Part shown: positions 15,575-26,438 of the stretch, one piece after another
How the letters are laid out: each line of letters begins with the position of its first letter
How positions within the stretch are numbered: the first letter of the stretch is position 1
Source: Myxococcales bacterium
GTDB taxonomy: Bacteria > Myxococcota_A > UBA9160 > SZUA-336
DNA: 64,000 bases
NCBI GenBank assembly: GCA_013215565.1
Contig: JABSQV010000130.1
Location: 8,880 to 72,879 of the forward strand
Direction of reading: 5' to 3'
The notes under the pieces: generated by a model
Told to the model about the DNA's origin: nothing
Seen by the model: the letters and a program-made list of their open reading frames with translations, nothing else
Database searches by the model: none
Program-made: the position numbers and the translations under genes

Positions 15575-17668
15575 CTACTGCCAGGTGGCGCGCTCGTTGG
15601 GGTCGGTGATGATGCCGTCGTGCTCGGCGGCGACGAGGAGGGCGTGGAGTCCCTGCTCAAGGCGGACACGCTGCTCCCCGGCGAGGCCGGTGCGCGTGGT
15701 CAGCTCGGGAACGAGCTGCTGGGCGACGGCGGCCAGTGCCGGCGCGTCGGTGCGGGCGCGACCGATGAGGGTGTCATAGGCACCCTGGGCAGCGGGACCG
15801 TCGGGGATGGCCAGCGCGGAGCGGCCGACCCGGTTGGGGCGAGCGCACATCGCGGCGAGGGCATCCTCGGACGCCTTGGCGCGGGCGACGGCGGCGGCGG
15901 CCTGGTTGCGCGCTTCGGCGACCTGGGTGGGCGCGGCGCGGTCGGCCGGCGCGGGATCGGCAGTGCCGCTCGCCTTGAGCGCCGCGATATCGGTCAGCAT
16001 GGGAGCCAACGCCGCGTCGAGCAGGCTGCGGAAAGCCGCGAGGGTTTCTTCATTGACGGGCATCGCATGCTCCTCGGACGAATCGCCTTGATTGGCGATA
16101 GGTGAACTTGGGTCCGGTGGCGCGCTTCTCCGAGCGTCGACACCGATGGTAGCCGACTCGGCGCTCTCGCGCGAGTCGGCAGGTACAGATGTTGCCTCGG
16201 GCGCCGGGGTCACGGTGTGCTTCAGCGCATCCTGAACCGCAGGTCCGAGAGAACCGGTCGCCGCCGCTAGAACGGCCTCGGCTACTGCTTCCTCGGGAGC
16301 GTCGGCATCCCAGGAAACGATCACTCGACCGTCACGAACCTCGGAGCGGGCACAGGCCGCCTCGATCTGTTCGTAGGTGTTGTAGATCTCGCCCTCGGAC
16401 TCGGGCTCGGCGCGCGCGGCGGGGACATCGTCCCCATCCTTGTCGGCCTTGGCTCCGATCGGGGCGTCGTAGTCACCCTCCTCGGCCTCCTTGGAGAGCG
16501 ACTCATCGGCACCGGGATCGTCGCCGACCAGCTCGCCGGGCTCAAGGTCGTCCACGGTGCGGCCGCCCTTCAGGTATTGGTAGATCACCGTGTTCGGCGT
16601 GACCTCGGCCGCGACCACATGCCGCTCACCGAACTGCATCGCCACGCCGCTGTCATCGGTGACCACTGCGAGGAAGCCCTCATCGGCTTCGCCCTCGGCA
16701 ACGCGCTCGGTGAGGATGTCCCTGACCCGTTCGGCAACCGCTGGGGTGGTGAAGACTCGGGTGCCGTTGCCCAGGTGCTCGATCATCCGCTTGGCGCGGA
16801 CCTCGTAGGCGCTCCGCTCGATGGCGGTCCGCAGCTGAGTGATCGCGTTGGCGTCAGGGTTGGCCGGCGCTCGGGTGACGGCCAGGTGGTCGAGGTCGAC
16901 ACCCTGAACGATGACCCGCTCGACATCCCCGTCCTCGTTCTGGAGGATCTGCAGCTGGGTGAACCAGCCGCCGATGCTCTGCCCGATGATCTCTCCGCGC
17001 TTGACCCGCTTGAGGAGTGAGGCGGCAGCGATCTCGCTCGCATCGCGGTCGGCGACGACTTCTGGGATCGGGATGATCTCCATCGTGGCGCGCAGGAGGA
17101 AGTGGGTCTCGCTCTCGTTGTGTGGAGCTCGGACCTGATCCCCATCGACGGGGATGACCTCAGCGTGGACCGTCCGACCGATGATCTCGTCCCACTCGAT
17201 GGGTCCGCTCATGCCTCGATTGTGTCGCGGCAGGTACGGGATCCCGCCACCGACGATCATCTGACCCGCCATCATCTTGAGGGCGCGGAGGGACATCTCG
17301 GTCCCGTAGAAGTCGACCGAGGTGCTGCTGGCGATGCCTGCAACGAGCTGGCGACCGAACGCCTCTTCATCAGCGGTCCCCGGCTCCCCGGTCGCTGTCG
17401 GGTCGAGCAGGATCCCCTCGCCGTCGTCATCGATCACCCGCTCGGGGGGATCCACGAACGAGGTGCGGGCACTGGCCTCGACATCGAGCTGGACGGCGTT
17501 CGCCGAGAGTTGGATCGTCCCACCCTCAACAGATCGGGCGCTGGACTGCATCGGGACCGTGAACGGCACCCGGCAGCGGATCGTCCAATACGCCTGACCC
17601 TCGGCCGTGCGACCCGTCGGGGTGTTCCAGTCAAGACCAGCGAGGAAGGCGAGATGTGGCGCGCTCAT
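15575..17668 (-). CDS. Prohead protease fused to acidic scaffold region
   Basis: VAGIASSTSVD...H...GQSIGG...LDHLAVTRAPANPDA (HK97 gp4-like) plus long acidic/Ala-rich C-terminus. Confidence 0.85.
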   Translation of the reverse strand: MSAPHLAFLAGLDWNTPTGRTAEGQAYWTIRCRVPFTVPMQSSARSVEGGTIQLSANAVQLDVEASARTSFVDPPERVIDDDGEGILLDPTATGEPGTADEEAFGRQLVAGIASSTSVDFYGTEMSLRALKMMAGQMIVGGGIPYLPRHNRGMSGPIEWDEIIGRTVHAEVIPVDGDQVRAPHNESETHFLLRATMEIIPIPEVVADRDASEIAAASLLKRVKRGEIIGQSIGGWFTQLQILQNEDGDVERVIVQGVDLDHLAVTRAPANPDANAITQLRTAIERSAYEVRAKRMIEHLGNGTRVFTTPAVAERVRDILTERVAEGEADEGFLAVVTDDSGVAMQFGERHVVAAEVTPNTVIYQYLKGGRTVDDLEPGELVGDDPGADESLSKEAEEGDYDAPIGAKADKDGDDVPAARAEPESEGEIYNTYEQIEAACARSEVRDGRVIVSWDADAPEEAVAEAVLAAATGSLGPAVQDALKHTVTPAPEATSVPADSRESAESATIGVDARRSAPPDPSSPIANQGDSSEEHAMPVNEETLAAFRSLLDAALAPMLTDIAALKASGTADPAPADRAAPTQVAEARNQAAAAVARAKASEDALAAMCARPNRVGRSALAIPDGPAAQGAYDTLIGRARTDAPALAAVAQQLVPELTTRTGLAGEQRVRLEQGLHALLVAAEHDGIITDPNERATWQ

Positions 17669-17774
17669 GCGGACTCCCTAACCTCCGTCAAAGCGGGGTT
17701 GTGGTTGTCATCGGCAGAGGGTGCGCCTCATCGGGCGTCGTCCCGGCCAGACTAGCCCCCTCCCATAGGTCTCG

Positions 17775-20417
17775 TCAAACAGGCGGTCGGTTCCCGCCAG
17801 ACAGCGGAACGGCTCGGCCGGCGTTCACCTCGTCCCTGGTCCACATGACCAAGACACATCGGCACCGGCCTCCGCACTCGGTCGCCCCACCGGGCATCGT
17901 GGACAACTGCGACACGGGAACGAACCCTCGGGCGCCCTCGATCGAGCAGGTCGGGCACATGCGGTTGTCCCCGACGTTGACCCACTCGACCATCCACTCG
18001 ACGGCGGCGGGTTGACCGTCTGGGCCAGTCCCGGCCTCGGCCGATCCGTCGAGCAGCCCCTCGGTGAAGCTCTGGTTCGACAACTCGACCAGCTTGCCCG
18101 ACCAGTTGCTGATCCGGTGCTTCTGAGACTCCATCACCGCGCCGATCGAGAGCAAGACCTCCTCGGCGCTCGCACCAGCGGTGAGGCCGACCGGGGCCGG
18201 CTTGACCGCTCGGGCGTTGAGTGCGGATCGGGTCTGACCATCGTCGGTCACAGCTCCGACCACGGCGGCAAGACTCGCTCGCAGATCGGCGATCAGCCCG
18301 CCGGGGTCGCAGAGGAAGCGCATGGCGCGATCCCCGTAGGCGGCCGACCGGGCATCGATGTCCTCGAGGACGGGCAGGCCGGTGAAGTTCGCGGCAGCAT
18401 CGCGACCGATCCGACCCACATCGCGGTAGACCCCGCTGGTCGACAATGCCCAGTCGGTCTCCAGCTTGTCGAGCGCGCGACCGATCGCCTGGGTCAGACC
18501 CAAGGCGTCGTCGGAGTCGAAGTTGGTGGTGTACCGAGAGGAGACCGCGGTGAGCACATCTCGGGTGGCTTGGTCGTACAGAGGTTCGACCCTCCGCGCA
18601 TATTGGGCGGTCTGCTCCCACAGCTCGGAAAGCTGCAGCGTCCGAACGTTGGCGAACATCCCGCGCGGTTGCCACTCGCTCGGGAGGTCATCGATCAGCG
18701 CCCGCTGCTGGATCTCAGCGCGCACCTCGCCGGGGGCTTCATCGTCCTCGGGGTTCTCGGTCCCCGCCCCTGGGTCATCGACCGACCCTCCGCCTCCGCC
18801 ACCGCCGCCGCCGCCGCCGCTGGGAGGGGTGTCGTCATCGTCATCAGGATCTGGATCCTGGCCGAGGACGTTGGCGATGATACGCTCGGCGCTGACGAGG
18901 AGCTGGAGAGGGACTGGACCCTGAGGTGTGTCGACGGTCGCGATGTCGCCGCCACCGAGCGGGGGCTGGCCGATCTCCTTCCTCGCCTCGTTGCGAGTGA
19001 GTAGACCCTCCTGAACCAAGGCGACCAGCGTGTCGGCTACTTCCTTACGCTCGGCTGGGGTCAGCTTCTCGTCGCGGTCGAACCTGAAGCGGACGGGCGC
19101 CCCAGAGTTGCCCTGAGCGTCGAGCACCAGCGGCAAGATCCTGGCGTTGATCTTGCCCTCGATCAGTTCGAGGATCGGGTTGATGAGGTGAGAGGATCCG
19201 ACCTCAAGCTGCACCTGGCCGACGGCGCGCGGGATGTCCTCGCTCGCTCCCATCTCGACGGGCATGACCCCGAACACTCGCCAGATCGTGCGGCGAACGT
19301 CCTTGACCACGTTGATGAAATCCACGTCCTTGTTCGAGCGGCGCAGCTCGACCCACTTGGCGCCCGTGGCGGTCGGGTCAGCCGATGTGACCACGCGGAT
19401 CTTGTGGTCCTTGCCCCGCATCTTCTGCAGGTCGGCCTTGGCCGCCTCGGCCGCCATCCCGGCCAGGCCGGTGAGAACGAGAATGCCGGGAGGGATCTCG
19501 TCGGCGTCGAAGGTGAGCATGGTGTGCTCAGCCTGTCGCAGCATCGTGGTAATCTCGTTGAGGATCGTTTCGATGAGCGGCACGCCCTCGACGCCGCTGG
19601 TGTTGGCGAACATCCGCAGGTAGACGATCTGCCTGGGCGAGAAGAGGGGGTTGATGGTTGGGGTGCCATCGTGCTGAGCGATCTGCCCGAGTTGCTCCGG
19701 GGACAGCACCTGGGGAACGATCGCCCCGGTCCCGAGAAGATCTTGCTGGTAGCCCATCACCCGGCCGTGGGTGTCGACGAGAGGTCGGATGTCCCCACCT
19801 CGCAGCGCGACCAGCTCCTCAAGTTTGTCGCCGACCCCGGTTGTGATCCGACCTGTCTCCTCGTCGGTCTCCATCGAGGTGTCAAACACGTTCTCGATAA
19901 CCCCGGCATCGAAGACCAGCAGGTCGGTGATCCACTTGGTCATCACCTCTTGCCAGGTCTCACCGTCCTCGTTGGGCGCCTGCAGGAACCGCTCGGCTTG
20001 CTGGGCGGCATCGAGCGCGGACTCATACCCCGCCTCGGCCGGGTCCAACTCGGGCTTAATCATGTTGCCCCAGGTCGCGACCCGACGGACGATCGCGTCG
20101 ATGGCTGCTCGGACATCGGGTGAGCGTTGGTAGACCAGCCAGAGCTGCTCGGTCGTCAGGACGCGGTTGACCCGACCCTGCTGGTAGCTGGTGTCGAGAC
20201 CAAAGAGGGCAGACCCCGCCGACCGACCAACTCGGTCTCGGGTGTCGAGCATCGGTCGGCTGTGACCGGCTGCGCCCTGCATCCAGAGACCACCGGGCTT
20301 CTCAGCCTTCTTTCGTCGGAGTCGAACCACGCCGGTGGTGTTCGTTGCGAGGACGCGGACGGTCATGTTGTGAGCCCTCCCTGCCTGCGAAGGTAGCACG
20401 GCAGCGGGAGTGCTCAC
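17775..20417 (-). CDS. Portal protein fused to head morphogenesis (MuF/SPP1 gp7-like) domain
   Basis: HK97-type portal motifs (DVRAAIDAI, GVPLIETI, IWRVFGVMP, GLLTRNEARKEIG); C-terminal WVNVGDNRMCPTC...CGGRCRC. Confidence 0.9.
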   Translation of the reverse strand: MSTPAAVLPSQAGRAHNMTVRVLATNTTGVVRLRRKKAEKPGGLWMQGAAGHSRPMLDTRDRVGRSAGSALFGLDTSYQQGRVNRVLTTEQLWLVYQRSPDVRAAIDAIVRRVATWGNMIKPELDPAEAGYESALDAAQQAERFLQAPNEDGETWQEVMTKWITDLLVFDAGVIENVFDTSMETDEETGRITTGVGDKLEELVALRGGDIRPLVDTHGRVMGYQQDLLGTGAIVPQVLSPEQLGQIAQHDGTPTINPLFSPRQIVYLRMFANTSGVEGVPLIETILNEITTMLRQAEHTMLTFDADEIPPGILVLTGLAGMAAEAAKADLQKMRGKDHKIRVVTSADPTATGAKWVELRRSNKDVDFINVVKDVRRTIWRVFGVMPVEMGASEDIPRAVGQVQLEVGSSHLINPILELIEGKINARILPLVLDAQGNSGAPVRFRFDRDEKLTPAERKEVADTLVALVQEGLLTRNEARKEIGQPPLGGGDIATVDTPQGPVPLQLLVSAERIIANVLGQDPDPDDDDDTPPSGGGGGGGGGGGSVDDPGAGTENPEDDEAPGEVRAEIQQRALIDDLPSEWQPRGMFANVRTLQLSELWEQTAQYARRVEPLYDQATRDVLTAVSSRYTTNFDSDDALGLTQAIGRALDKLETDWALSTSGVYRDVGRIGRDAAANFTGLPVLEDIDARSAAYGDRAMRFLCDPGGLIADLRASLAAVVGAVTDDGQTRSALNARAVKPAPVGLTAGASAEEVLLSIGAVMESQKHRISNWSGKLVELSNQSFTEGLLDGSAEAGTGPDGQPAAVEWMVEWVNVGDNRMCPTCSIEGARGFVPVSQLSTMPGGATECGGRCRCVLVMWTRDEVNAGRAVPLSGGNRPPV

Positions 20418-20441
20418 ACGGAGAGGCGCCGATGTCGAGGA

Positions 20442-21101
20442 CTAGGCGGCTTCGACGAACAGGACTTTCGAGCCCTTGATGCTGCGGAGGGTCGCGGTGA
20501 CGCCGAGGATTTCGCAAGCGTGGCGGGCCGCGCCGCGCGTGGTGTAGAAACGACGGTACTTGCGGGCGGTGGTCGGGAACTCAAGGGCGGCCATGGTCTC
20601 TTCGGTCGCCTGGCCATCGAAATCGCGGATGATGGCCTTCAGCCTGTCTTCCCAGGAGAGGTTCTTTATCGCGTTCTTGCGCCAGCTGCGGACGCGGGTC
20701 TCGACGGTGACGATGGCGCGATCGATGATGGCGATGCCGATGACGAAATCGTTGGCGAGCGTTCCGACGCGCTGGGCGAAGTCACTGTCGGCGCCGTAGA
20801 CGGCGAGGCGGGTGACGAGGACGGCGCGCTGGGCGTCGAGGCTCTTGAGGGACGCGACGATGCTGTGGTCGCCGTGCTCCATCGGCATGTTGTTCGTGCC
20901 GGCGCAAGTCGTCTGGGTGGTGAAGTCGTTGTGGCGGTTGAGCGTTCCGTTGCTGACCTTGATGTCATCGCGGAGGCAGGCGCCGCAGGTCGCGCGGACG
21001 GGGTTCGAGGCGCTGACGCGGCGACCGGAGCGCGCTTCCCAGCGAGCGTTGAGGTCGTTGTCGTGGCGGAGGGCGCTGGGGCGGCGGGCGATGCGGGTCA
21101 T
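20442..21101 (-). CDS. Cassette-led hypothetical protein (Cys/His motif)
   Basis: ATG directly after cassette B; CGAC...H...C. Confidence 0.65.
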   Translation of the reverse strand: MTRIARRPSALRHDNDLNARWEARSGRRVSASNPVRATCGACLRDDIKVSNGTLNRHNDFTTQTTCAGTNNMPMEHGDHSIVASLKSLDAQRAVLVTRLAVYGADSDFAQRVGTLANDFVIGIAIIDRAIVTVETRVRSWRKNAIKNLSWEDRLKAIIRDFDGQATEETMAALEFPTTARKYRRFYTTRGAARHACEILGVTATLRSIKGSKVLFVEAA

Positions 21102-21156
21102 GACTTGCTCTCTGTTGGTAGGTCCAATTTACAGGAGTACCCGCTGGTTGTGAACC
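21099..21156 (-). promoter_or_regulatory. Promoter-leader cassette B
   Basis: TTCACA-17bp-TAAATT-GGACCTACCAACAGAGAG-caagtc-ATG. Confidence 0.85.
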
Positions 21157-22021
21157 ACTTTCGAGATTAATCGCCTACTTCCTTGGTTTTATTTTGAGAG
21201 CTGCATACCGAAGTTGGAACGTCTGGTCTCGCTCGGTGGTTTCAAGCGGCTCGCGATCTTTCTCGTATCGCTCGCTCTGACGCGGTGAGAGAGCGCGCCG
21301 AGAGCCGCGCATCGACCGAGATCAGTCCAGATCGCCCAGTCGCTTGTCGACGCTCACAGACCCAGTAGGGTCGATCTGGATCTCCGGAATCAAGACCGAC
21401 GCGGCAGACCTGATCCGCGACCGCTCGCGCTTCTCACCCATGCGCTGGCCGATGACGACCCCCCACCCGAATCCAGCAACGAGCCCGACCACGAACCCGG
21501 CGATCAGCTCACCCACGGGGCAGCTCGTAGACAGCCCACTGATCCTTGACCTCGCAGGCCGCAACACAGATGGGCGGGTTCTCGGTCTCAAGCAGGAAGT
21601 GCCGACACTGGTGGTCGTGATCCGAGAAGGGGCATACGTCGAGCTTCGCCGCGATGACTTTGCACTGCTGACCCGCCGACGGGTGAACGAGGTCGGCCGG
21701 GAGACCGAGGTGGTCTGGAATGCCGTCGTGGTAGAGCACCTCGATACCCTCTCGACTCACACCCTTCTCTCGCGGGATGACGTTCGCCCGATCGCTGGGG
21801 CGGCTTCGGAACCAGAGTGTGTCAACGCCCATCGGGGCCTCCATCGTTGGTTGGTGGTATCGGTTTCAGCTCGTCGCCCTCAGCCTCTTCCTCGGGATCG
21901 AACCCGAAGACGAGGCGACAACACGAGGCACACATCCCGTGGCTGACGATCGCATCGGCGGGCAGCGGATCGGGGACCGCGTCCTCGCCGGCCTGGCACC
22001 AAGCGCAGATGAAGGTCGACA

Positions 22022-22396
22022 TCAGACCAGCTCGGGACTGTAGACATCGCGCCAGTCGCCGCGAGCGATGGACTCGACGAGCTTGGTGATCGCGAGTCGG
22101 TATCGGATCACGTCCTCGAGGACATCGCCCGACCAATCGACCTCGATGTCGAACGCCTCGATGCCGTCGACGTTGCCGTCCTTGTCGATGACCTCGATGG
22201 CGACGACGATGGCGCGGACGCCCTCCCATCCGGGGGTCGCATAGAAGTGGATGATCTGATCGGGGCGGCCGATCCGGGTCACCGCGATGCTACCGACCAG
22301 CGGGTGCTCGATGTCGATCCGCCAGTCGTTGACGGCCTTGGTCATCGCGACGAGCGGGCGGATGGTGTCGTTCAGGTAGCTGGCGGTCACGGTCAT
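22022..22396 (-). CDS. Cassette-led hypothetical protein
   Basis: ATG after cassette C; GC3-biased codons. Confidence 0.65.
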   Translation of the reverse strand: MTVTASYLNDTIRPLVAMTKAVNDWRIDIEHPLVGSIAVTRIGRPDQIIHFYATPGWEGVRAIVVAIEVIDKDGNVDGIEAFDIEVDWSGDVLEDVIRYRLAITKLVESIARGDWRDVYSPELV

Positions 22397-22452
22397 GATG
22401 TTCTCTCTGTTGGTGTCTCCAAGGTACTGGGTGTACCCACTCACTGTAAACC
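22394..22452 (-). promoter_or_regulatory. Promoter-leader cassette C (variant)
   Basis: TTTACA-18bp-TACCTT-GGAGAC-ACCAACAGAGAG-aacatc-ATG. Confidence 0.75.
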
Positions 22453-22499
22453 ACGATCACCCAACTTCTCGCCCATCAGCTCGACTGATACCAAGCAGC

Positions 22500-22976
22500 A
22501 TGGCGCCCACGAACAAGCAGCTCAACGACCGGCGAAAGCGGCGAAAGAACAGCAAGGCGAACGATGTGCTCGGCGAGCTGCTCGACTGGCAGCGGCCTCT
22601 GTTGATCCGCTGGCTGTTCGCCCAGGTCTGGAACAAGCACCAGCCCCAGGGGATCCAGCAGCGGACGAAAGATTACGCCCGCGAGGTCGCGACCGATCTG
22701 CTGGCGACGATGGATCTCGACATCATGGCGACCACGCCGCGGGGTCTGGAGAACGACCCCAAGTGGACCGATGCCCTCGGCGCCGTGTCGTCGTTCGACG
22801 CCCAGCGGCGCTGGCTCTGGATCGCGGTGCTCGTTGAGCAGACCGATCCGCCGCCCCAGGTTCGTGACCAGCTCTCGCGGCTGGGGTTGCTCTACGCAGA
22901 TATGGTCCGACAGCAGGCCGCGAACAAGGCGGGGTGGATCATCGGCGTGGGCTGGAAGGACGGAAAGAAACGATGA
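22500..22976 (+). CDS. Hypothetical protein
   Basis: GC3-biased ORF coupled to the downstream methyltransferase. Confidence 0.6.
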   Translation: MAPTNKQLNDRRKRRKNSKANDVLGELLDWQRPLLIRWLFAQVWNKHQPQGIQQRTKDYAREVATDLLATMDLDIMATTPRGLENDPKWTDALGAVSSFDAQRRWLWIAVLVEQTDPPPQVRDQLSRLGLLYADMVRQQAANKAGWIIGVGWKDGKKR

Positions 22977-23677
22977 CCCAGATCAGGCTGTTCAACGCGC
23001 CCACCCCACCCGGCCTGCCTCCCGGCATCGATCTGCGATGCTGTGATGTGGTTGACCTCCTCACCTCGCTCGATGAAACGCCCGCATTAGTGATCGCTGA
23101 TCCGCCGTGGACCTACAACCAAGCTCCGCCCAGACTTCCCGGCGACCAACCCATGAACGCCTCGGAGCACTACGATGGGCTCCCGGTGAGTGTGATCCGG
23201 GACCACTTCGCGCTCATCCCCAAAGGGTGCCCACGCCTTGCTCTGTGGGCGACGTGGCCGGTGTTCCTCCCTGAGTGGGATCTCAAACTCAAAAGGTGGG
23301 GCCGCCCGATCACTGGTGGTGCATGGTTCAAAAGCGACCCAAACGATGAAGGCCACTATGGTCCTGGTTTTCACTGGTCAGGGTGCAGCGAGCCCGTGCT
23401 GATTTACACGAAAGGCACAGCGTACTGCGATAGATCGTCACCGCTCCGAAACGCATGGCATGAGGCTCCGGGGAAGCACAGCCGAAAGCCCGTCGGGTGG
23501 ATGCGGCAGTGGGTGCGACGTTGGACCAAGCCTGGGGATCTCGTCCTCGATATGTACGCGGGGCTCGGCTCGGTCGCCGAGGTCTGTCTACTTGAGGAGC
23601 GGCGCTACATCGGTGCCGAGCTGGACCCAGCTCGACATCGGGACGCGCTGGGTCTGCTCGCCCAGGTCAGGCTCTAG
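22973..23677 (+). CDS. Amino-methyltransferase (N6A/N4C, beta-class/MT-A70-like)
   Basis: IADPPW catalytic motif, HSRKP, VLDMYAGLGS SAM-binding motif. Confidence 0.85.
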   Translation: MTQIRLFNAPTPPGLPPGIDLRCCDVVDLLTSLDETPALVIADPPWTYNQAPPRLPGDQPMNASEHYDGLPVSVIRDHFALIPKGCPRLALWATWPVFLPEWDLKLKRWGRPITGGAWFKSDPNDEGHYGPGFHWSGCSEPVLIYTKGTAYCDRSSPLRNAWHEAPGKHSRKPVGWMRQWVRRWTKPGDLVLDMYAGLGSVAEVCLLEERRYIGAELDPARHRDALGLLAQVRL

Positions 23678-23980
23678 GAGCGGTAGCCGTGGGAGTCGGG
23701 CGGGGAGCTACGTCCACATATGCCCGCCTACGCTGCGACTGATACACTTGACCGGCCCGCCGCCGTCGAGGCACCTTCCCCGCTGGGAAGCGGCGGCGGG
23801 CTCTTCGGCGTCCGCGTCGTCGTTGACGACTGCCTGCCACAAGGTGAGGCGCGGCTAGTGTCGACGACGGACGAGGCGCGACTCGTGAACATTGGGGCCG
23901 CCGATGAGTGAACAAAAAACAGCAATTGAGAAGTTACGGAAACAATGGCGAAAGGAGGGCCGCCAGAAGATTCGCACTTA

Positions 23981-24205
23981 TCAGAAGGGCGGGATCACGA
24001 TCCTCACGCAAGAAGTGCGGCGGCGATCGTCATAGGCGATGCGCATGGCGCGCGACTCAGCGAGGAGGGCGCGCGACTCAGCGAGCAGCTCGGCGTAGGT
24101 CGGGGCGGGCTCGACATCGAACTCGGAGAGCCAGTGACCGTCAGTGGTCAGCGTGGTCCCTTTGGAGTCGTCAGCGGAGGGGGCGGTCGGTGTGCGTGTC
24201 GGCAT
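23981..24205 (-). CDS. Cassette-led small protein
   Basis: ATG after cassette D; internal LLAESRA duplication. Confidence 0.5.
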   Translation of the reverse strand: MPTRTPTAPSADDSKGTTLTTDGHWLSEFDVEPAPTYAELLAESRALLAESRAMRIAYDDRRRTSCVRIVIPPF

Positions 24206-24263
24206 GATGTTCTCTCTGTTGGTAGGTCCATCCTACGCGGCAGAGAGTCGATTGGACACCGGC
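24203..24263 (-). promoter_or_regulatory. Promoter-leader cassette D
   Basis: GCCGGTGTCCA-17bp-TAGGAT-GGACCTACCAACAGAGAG-aacatc-ATG. Confidence 0.85.
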
Positions 24264-24635
24264 AGACCTAAGTTTCTGGGGACTCTTTTCGCAGGTTGAC
24301 CTCGGCGACCCTGGTGACGTGCTCGACCAATCCGACCACTCGCTGCTGTCTCCTCGATGCTCGATCGACCATCCAGTCCTGAACCGTGCCCTTCTTGACG
24401 ACATCGGCACCGCGCCGGATCTGCCATCGCCGGTAGTCGATCATCGCCTGCACGTTGGGCTCGCTGTCGAGCCCCCCGATCATCCAGCCCTCGTCATCCC
24501 CCTCGCCAGGGAGCCATGTGATCGCTCGTTGGTCAGTCGACAAGGTCACCTCCTGCGCGCTGGTATCGGGTTCCGTGGTGGGCGGTGAGCCTGACGGCAA
24601 GCGGTGTTTGGCGATACCTCTGGGCGAGGTGAACG

Positions 24636-25106
24636 ATGCCCAAGAACCCGAGAGCCTGCAAAATGTCTGGAGATGAAGACTGTCCGTGGCTCACCCTGAT
24701 GACCATGATCGAGCAGTACGAGACCTTGGCGGCCGTCCCGGTGATCACGACCGGCCCCAGCGCCAAGATCGCGCTGATGCACGTCCGCAGCCTGCAGAGG
24801 TTGTCCGACGCGCTCGATCTGTGCATCGATCACGTCGGTGGGTGGAAGACCGAGATGTTCGGAGCCTGGCCCACCTACGACATCCGAGGCAAGCTGCTCC
24901 GCAAGTCGATGCAGCTCATCGGTGCCGCTGTGGTCGCTCGCAAACTGGCCGAGCACGCCCGAGCTGGGAACAAGCGCGCGGCCAGGGCGACCTTGCACGG
25001 CGGGGTGACCAACGAGTTCATCCGCTTCCTCAAGGACGCGGCCCAGGACGAGGAGATCGTCGCCGACGTGGCGTTCAACCCCGGCGGCCCCGTGGCCGAG
25101 GCGTAG
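24636..25106 (+). CDS. Hypothetical protein
   Basis: GAGGTG RBS, GC3-biased ORF. Confidence 0.55.
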   Translation: MPKNPRACKMSGDEDCPWLTLMTMIEQYETLAAVPVITTGPSAKIALMHVRSLQRLSDALDLCIDHVGGWKTEMFGAWPTYDIRGKLLRKSMQLIGAAVVARKLAEHARAGNKRAARATLHGGVTNEFIRFLKDAAQDEEIVADVAFNPGGPVAEA

Positions 25107-25107
25107 C

Positions 25108-25629
25108 ATGGGCGACCAGGACAGGTACACGGGGTGGGACTCGATCCTTGGTGCGTTGAAAGGGTTCGGTCGGTCGGCCGAGGCTGCGGGCAAGTCTGTG
25201 GACAAGCTGGCGAGGGCAGCATCGCCAGCCGCCTCCCCGGTCGAGCAGATCCGCAGGGCGCTCGGTGGTGGGTCCGAGCTGCGCAAGATCGTGGACAGCG
25301 CGGGGTGGAGTTTCTGGGAGCGAGGCGAGCGGCCTGAGAAGCTGCGGCACTCCGACGTGTCGATGCAGACCAACGCGGCGGGAGACCGCAGCGGGATCTG
25401 GGTCGGCAAGTTGCTGATCGCATCCTTCTCGGTGTCGTGTTTCGAGACCGAGAAGGGCATGATCGTCATCGACTGGGAGACCGTGTCGCTTGAGGTCATG
25501 CCGGGGGCGACCGAAGCCAGCGAGCGATCCGCTGCCGTCATGGCCGACTCGCTCAGGCGGATCGGCATGACCGAGGAACAGATCACAGCCACGCTCTTGG
25601 AGCACGGCATCATTTGGGAGCAAGAATGA
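25108..25629 (+). CDS. Hypothetical protein
   Basis: Operonic ORF coupled to the next gene. Confidence 0.55.
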   Translation: MGDQDRYTGWDSILGALKGFGRSAEAAGKSVDKLARAASPAASPVEQIRRALGGGSELRKIVDSAGWSFWERGERPEKLRHSDVSMQTNAAGDRSGIWVGKLLIASFSVSCFETEKGMIVIDWETVSLEVMPGATEASERSAAVMADSLRRIGMTEEQITATLLEHGIIWEQE

Positions 25630-26168
25630 GAGCATTGATGGATCAGGTCCGCGAATTCCACACGGTGGGTCAACTCGGGATCGGGGAGCCCTGGACGGTC
25701 ATCGACGATGGCGACGAGGCGGCCGAGATCGCTGCCGTCGCCGAGGTGCTCGATGGGGAGGCCAGGCTGCTGGCGCGCATCGGCAAGGGCACCCTGGCCC
25801 TGAGGGCGCGGCTGATGGTCGAGGAGTTGGCCGAGACCCTGGACGCGATGGCTCGGGGAGATGTCGTCGAGGTCGCTGACGGCCTGGCCGATCTGGCCTA
25901 TGTCACCGCTGGTACGGCCATCGAGTTTGGGATCCCGCTCGACTTGGTGAGCGACGAGGTTCAACGGTCCAATATGGCTAAGTTCCCGCCCTGTTCCTCA
26001 TGCCTCGGAACGGGCACCGGGGATGTTGGAGGGCTGACCCCTTGTCACGCCGAGGGGTGTTGCAACGGAAACGTCCGCGTCCTCGACGAGAACGGCAAGG
26101 TGCAGAAACCCGAAGGGTGGACCCCGCCCGATATCGCTGGGGTGATGGAGGCGAGCCGTGGGATCTGA
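25626..26168 (+). CDS. MazG-like NTP pyrophosphohydrolase
   Basis: QVREFH...EELAE...EVADGLADLAYV...EVQRSNMAK...GKVQKPEGWTPPD. Confidence 0.85.
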   Translation: MRALMDQVREFHTVGQLGIGEPWTVIDDGDEAAEIAAVAEVLDGEARLLARIGKGTLALRARLMVEELAETLDAMARGDVVEVADGLADLAYVTAGTAIEFGIPLDLVSDEVQRSNMAKFPPCSSCLGTGTGDVGGLTPCHAEGCCNGNVRVLDENGKVQKPEGWTPPDIAGVMEASRGI

Positions 26169-26438
26169 AACACTGACGTTCGAATGGACCGACAGGCGGC
26201 AGATGGGCAAACGAGATCGTGAGGCGAGGTTGTCCTCGCTGATCTCACGCCCAAATGGCGCGCTCCGCTCAGAGATCATCAAGGAATGCTTTGGCGTCTT
26301 ACCCACCGCCAGGCAGGCGCGTTCCCATGCGCTGCAAAGTGCATCCAGGGTCATTCGACGCGATCTGTTGAACCTCAACATGCGCATTGAAAGGGTTAGG
26401 GAGCCCGTGAGAGATGTTCGCTACATTGGTAGGCGAAC

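Noticed and set aside
552..20396. Long plus-strand ORFs opposite structural genes (e.g. 3059-4762, 8856-10913)
   Set aside because: Antisense shadows of high-GC coding sequence with no motifs
21160..21310. AT-richer intergenic stretch as cos site or origin
   Set aside because: Only weak inverted repeats and no iterons; cannot be supported from sequence alone
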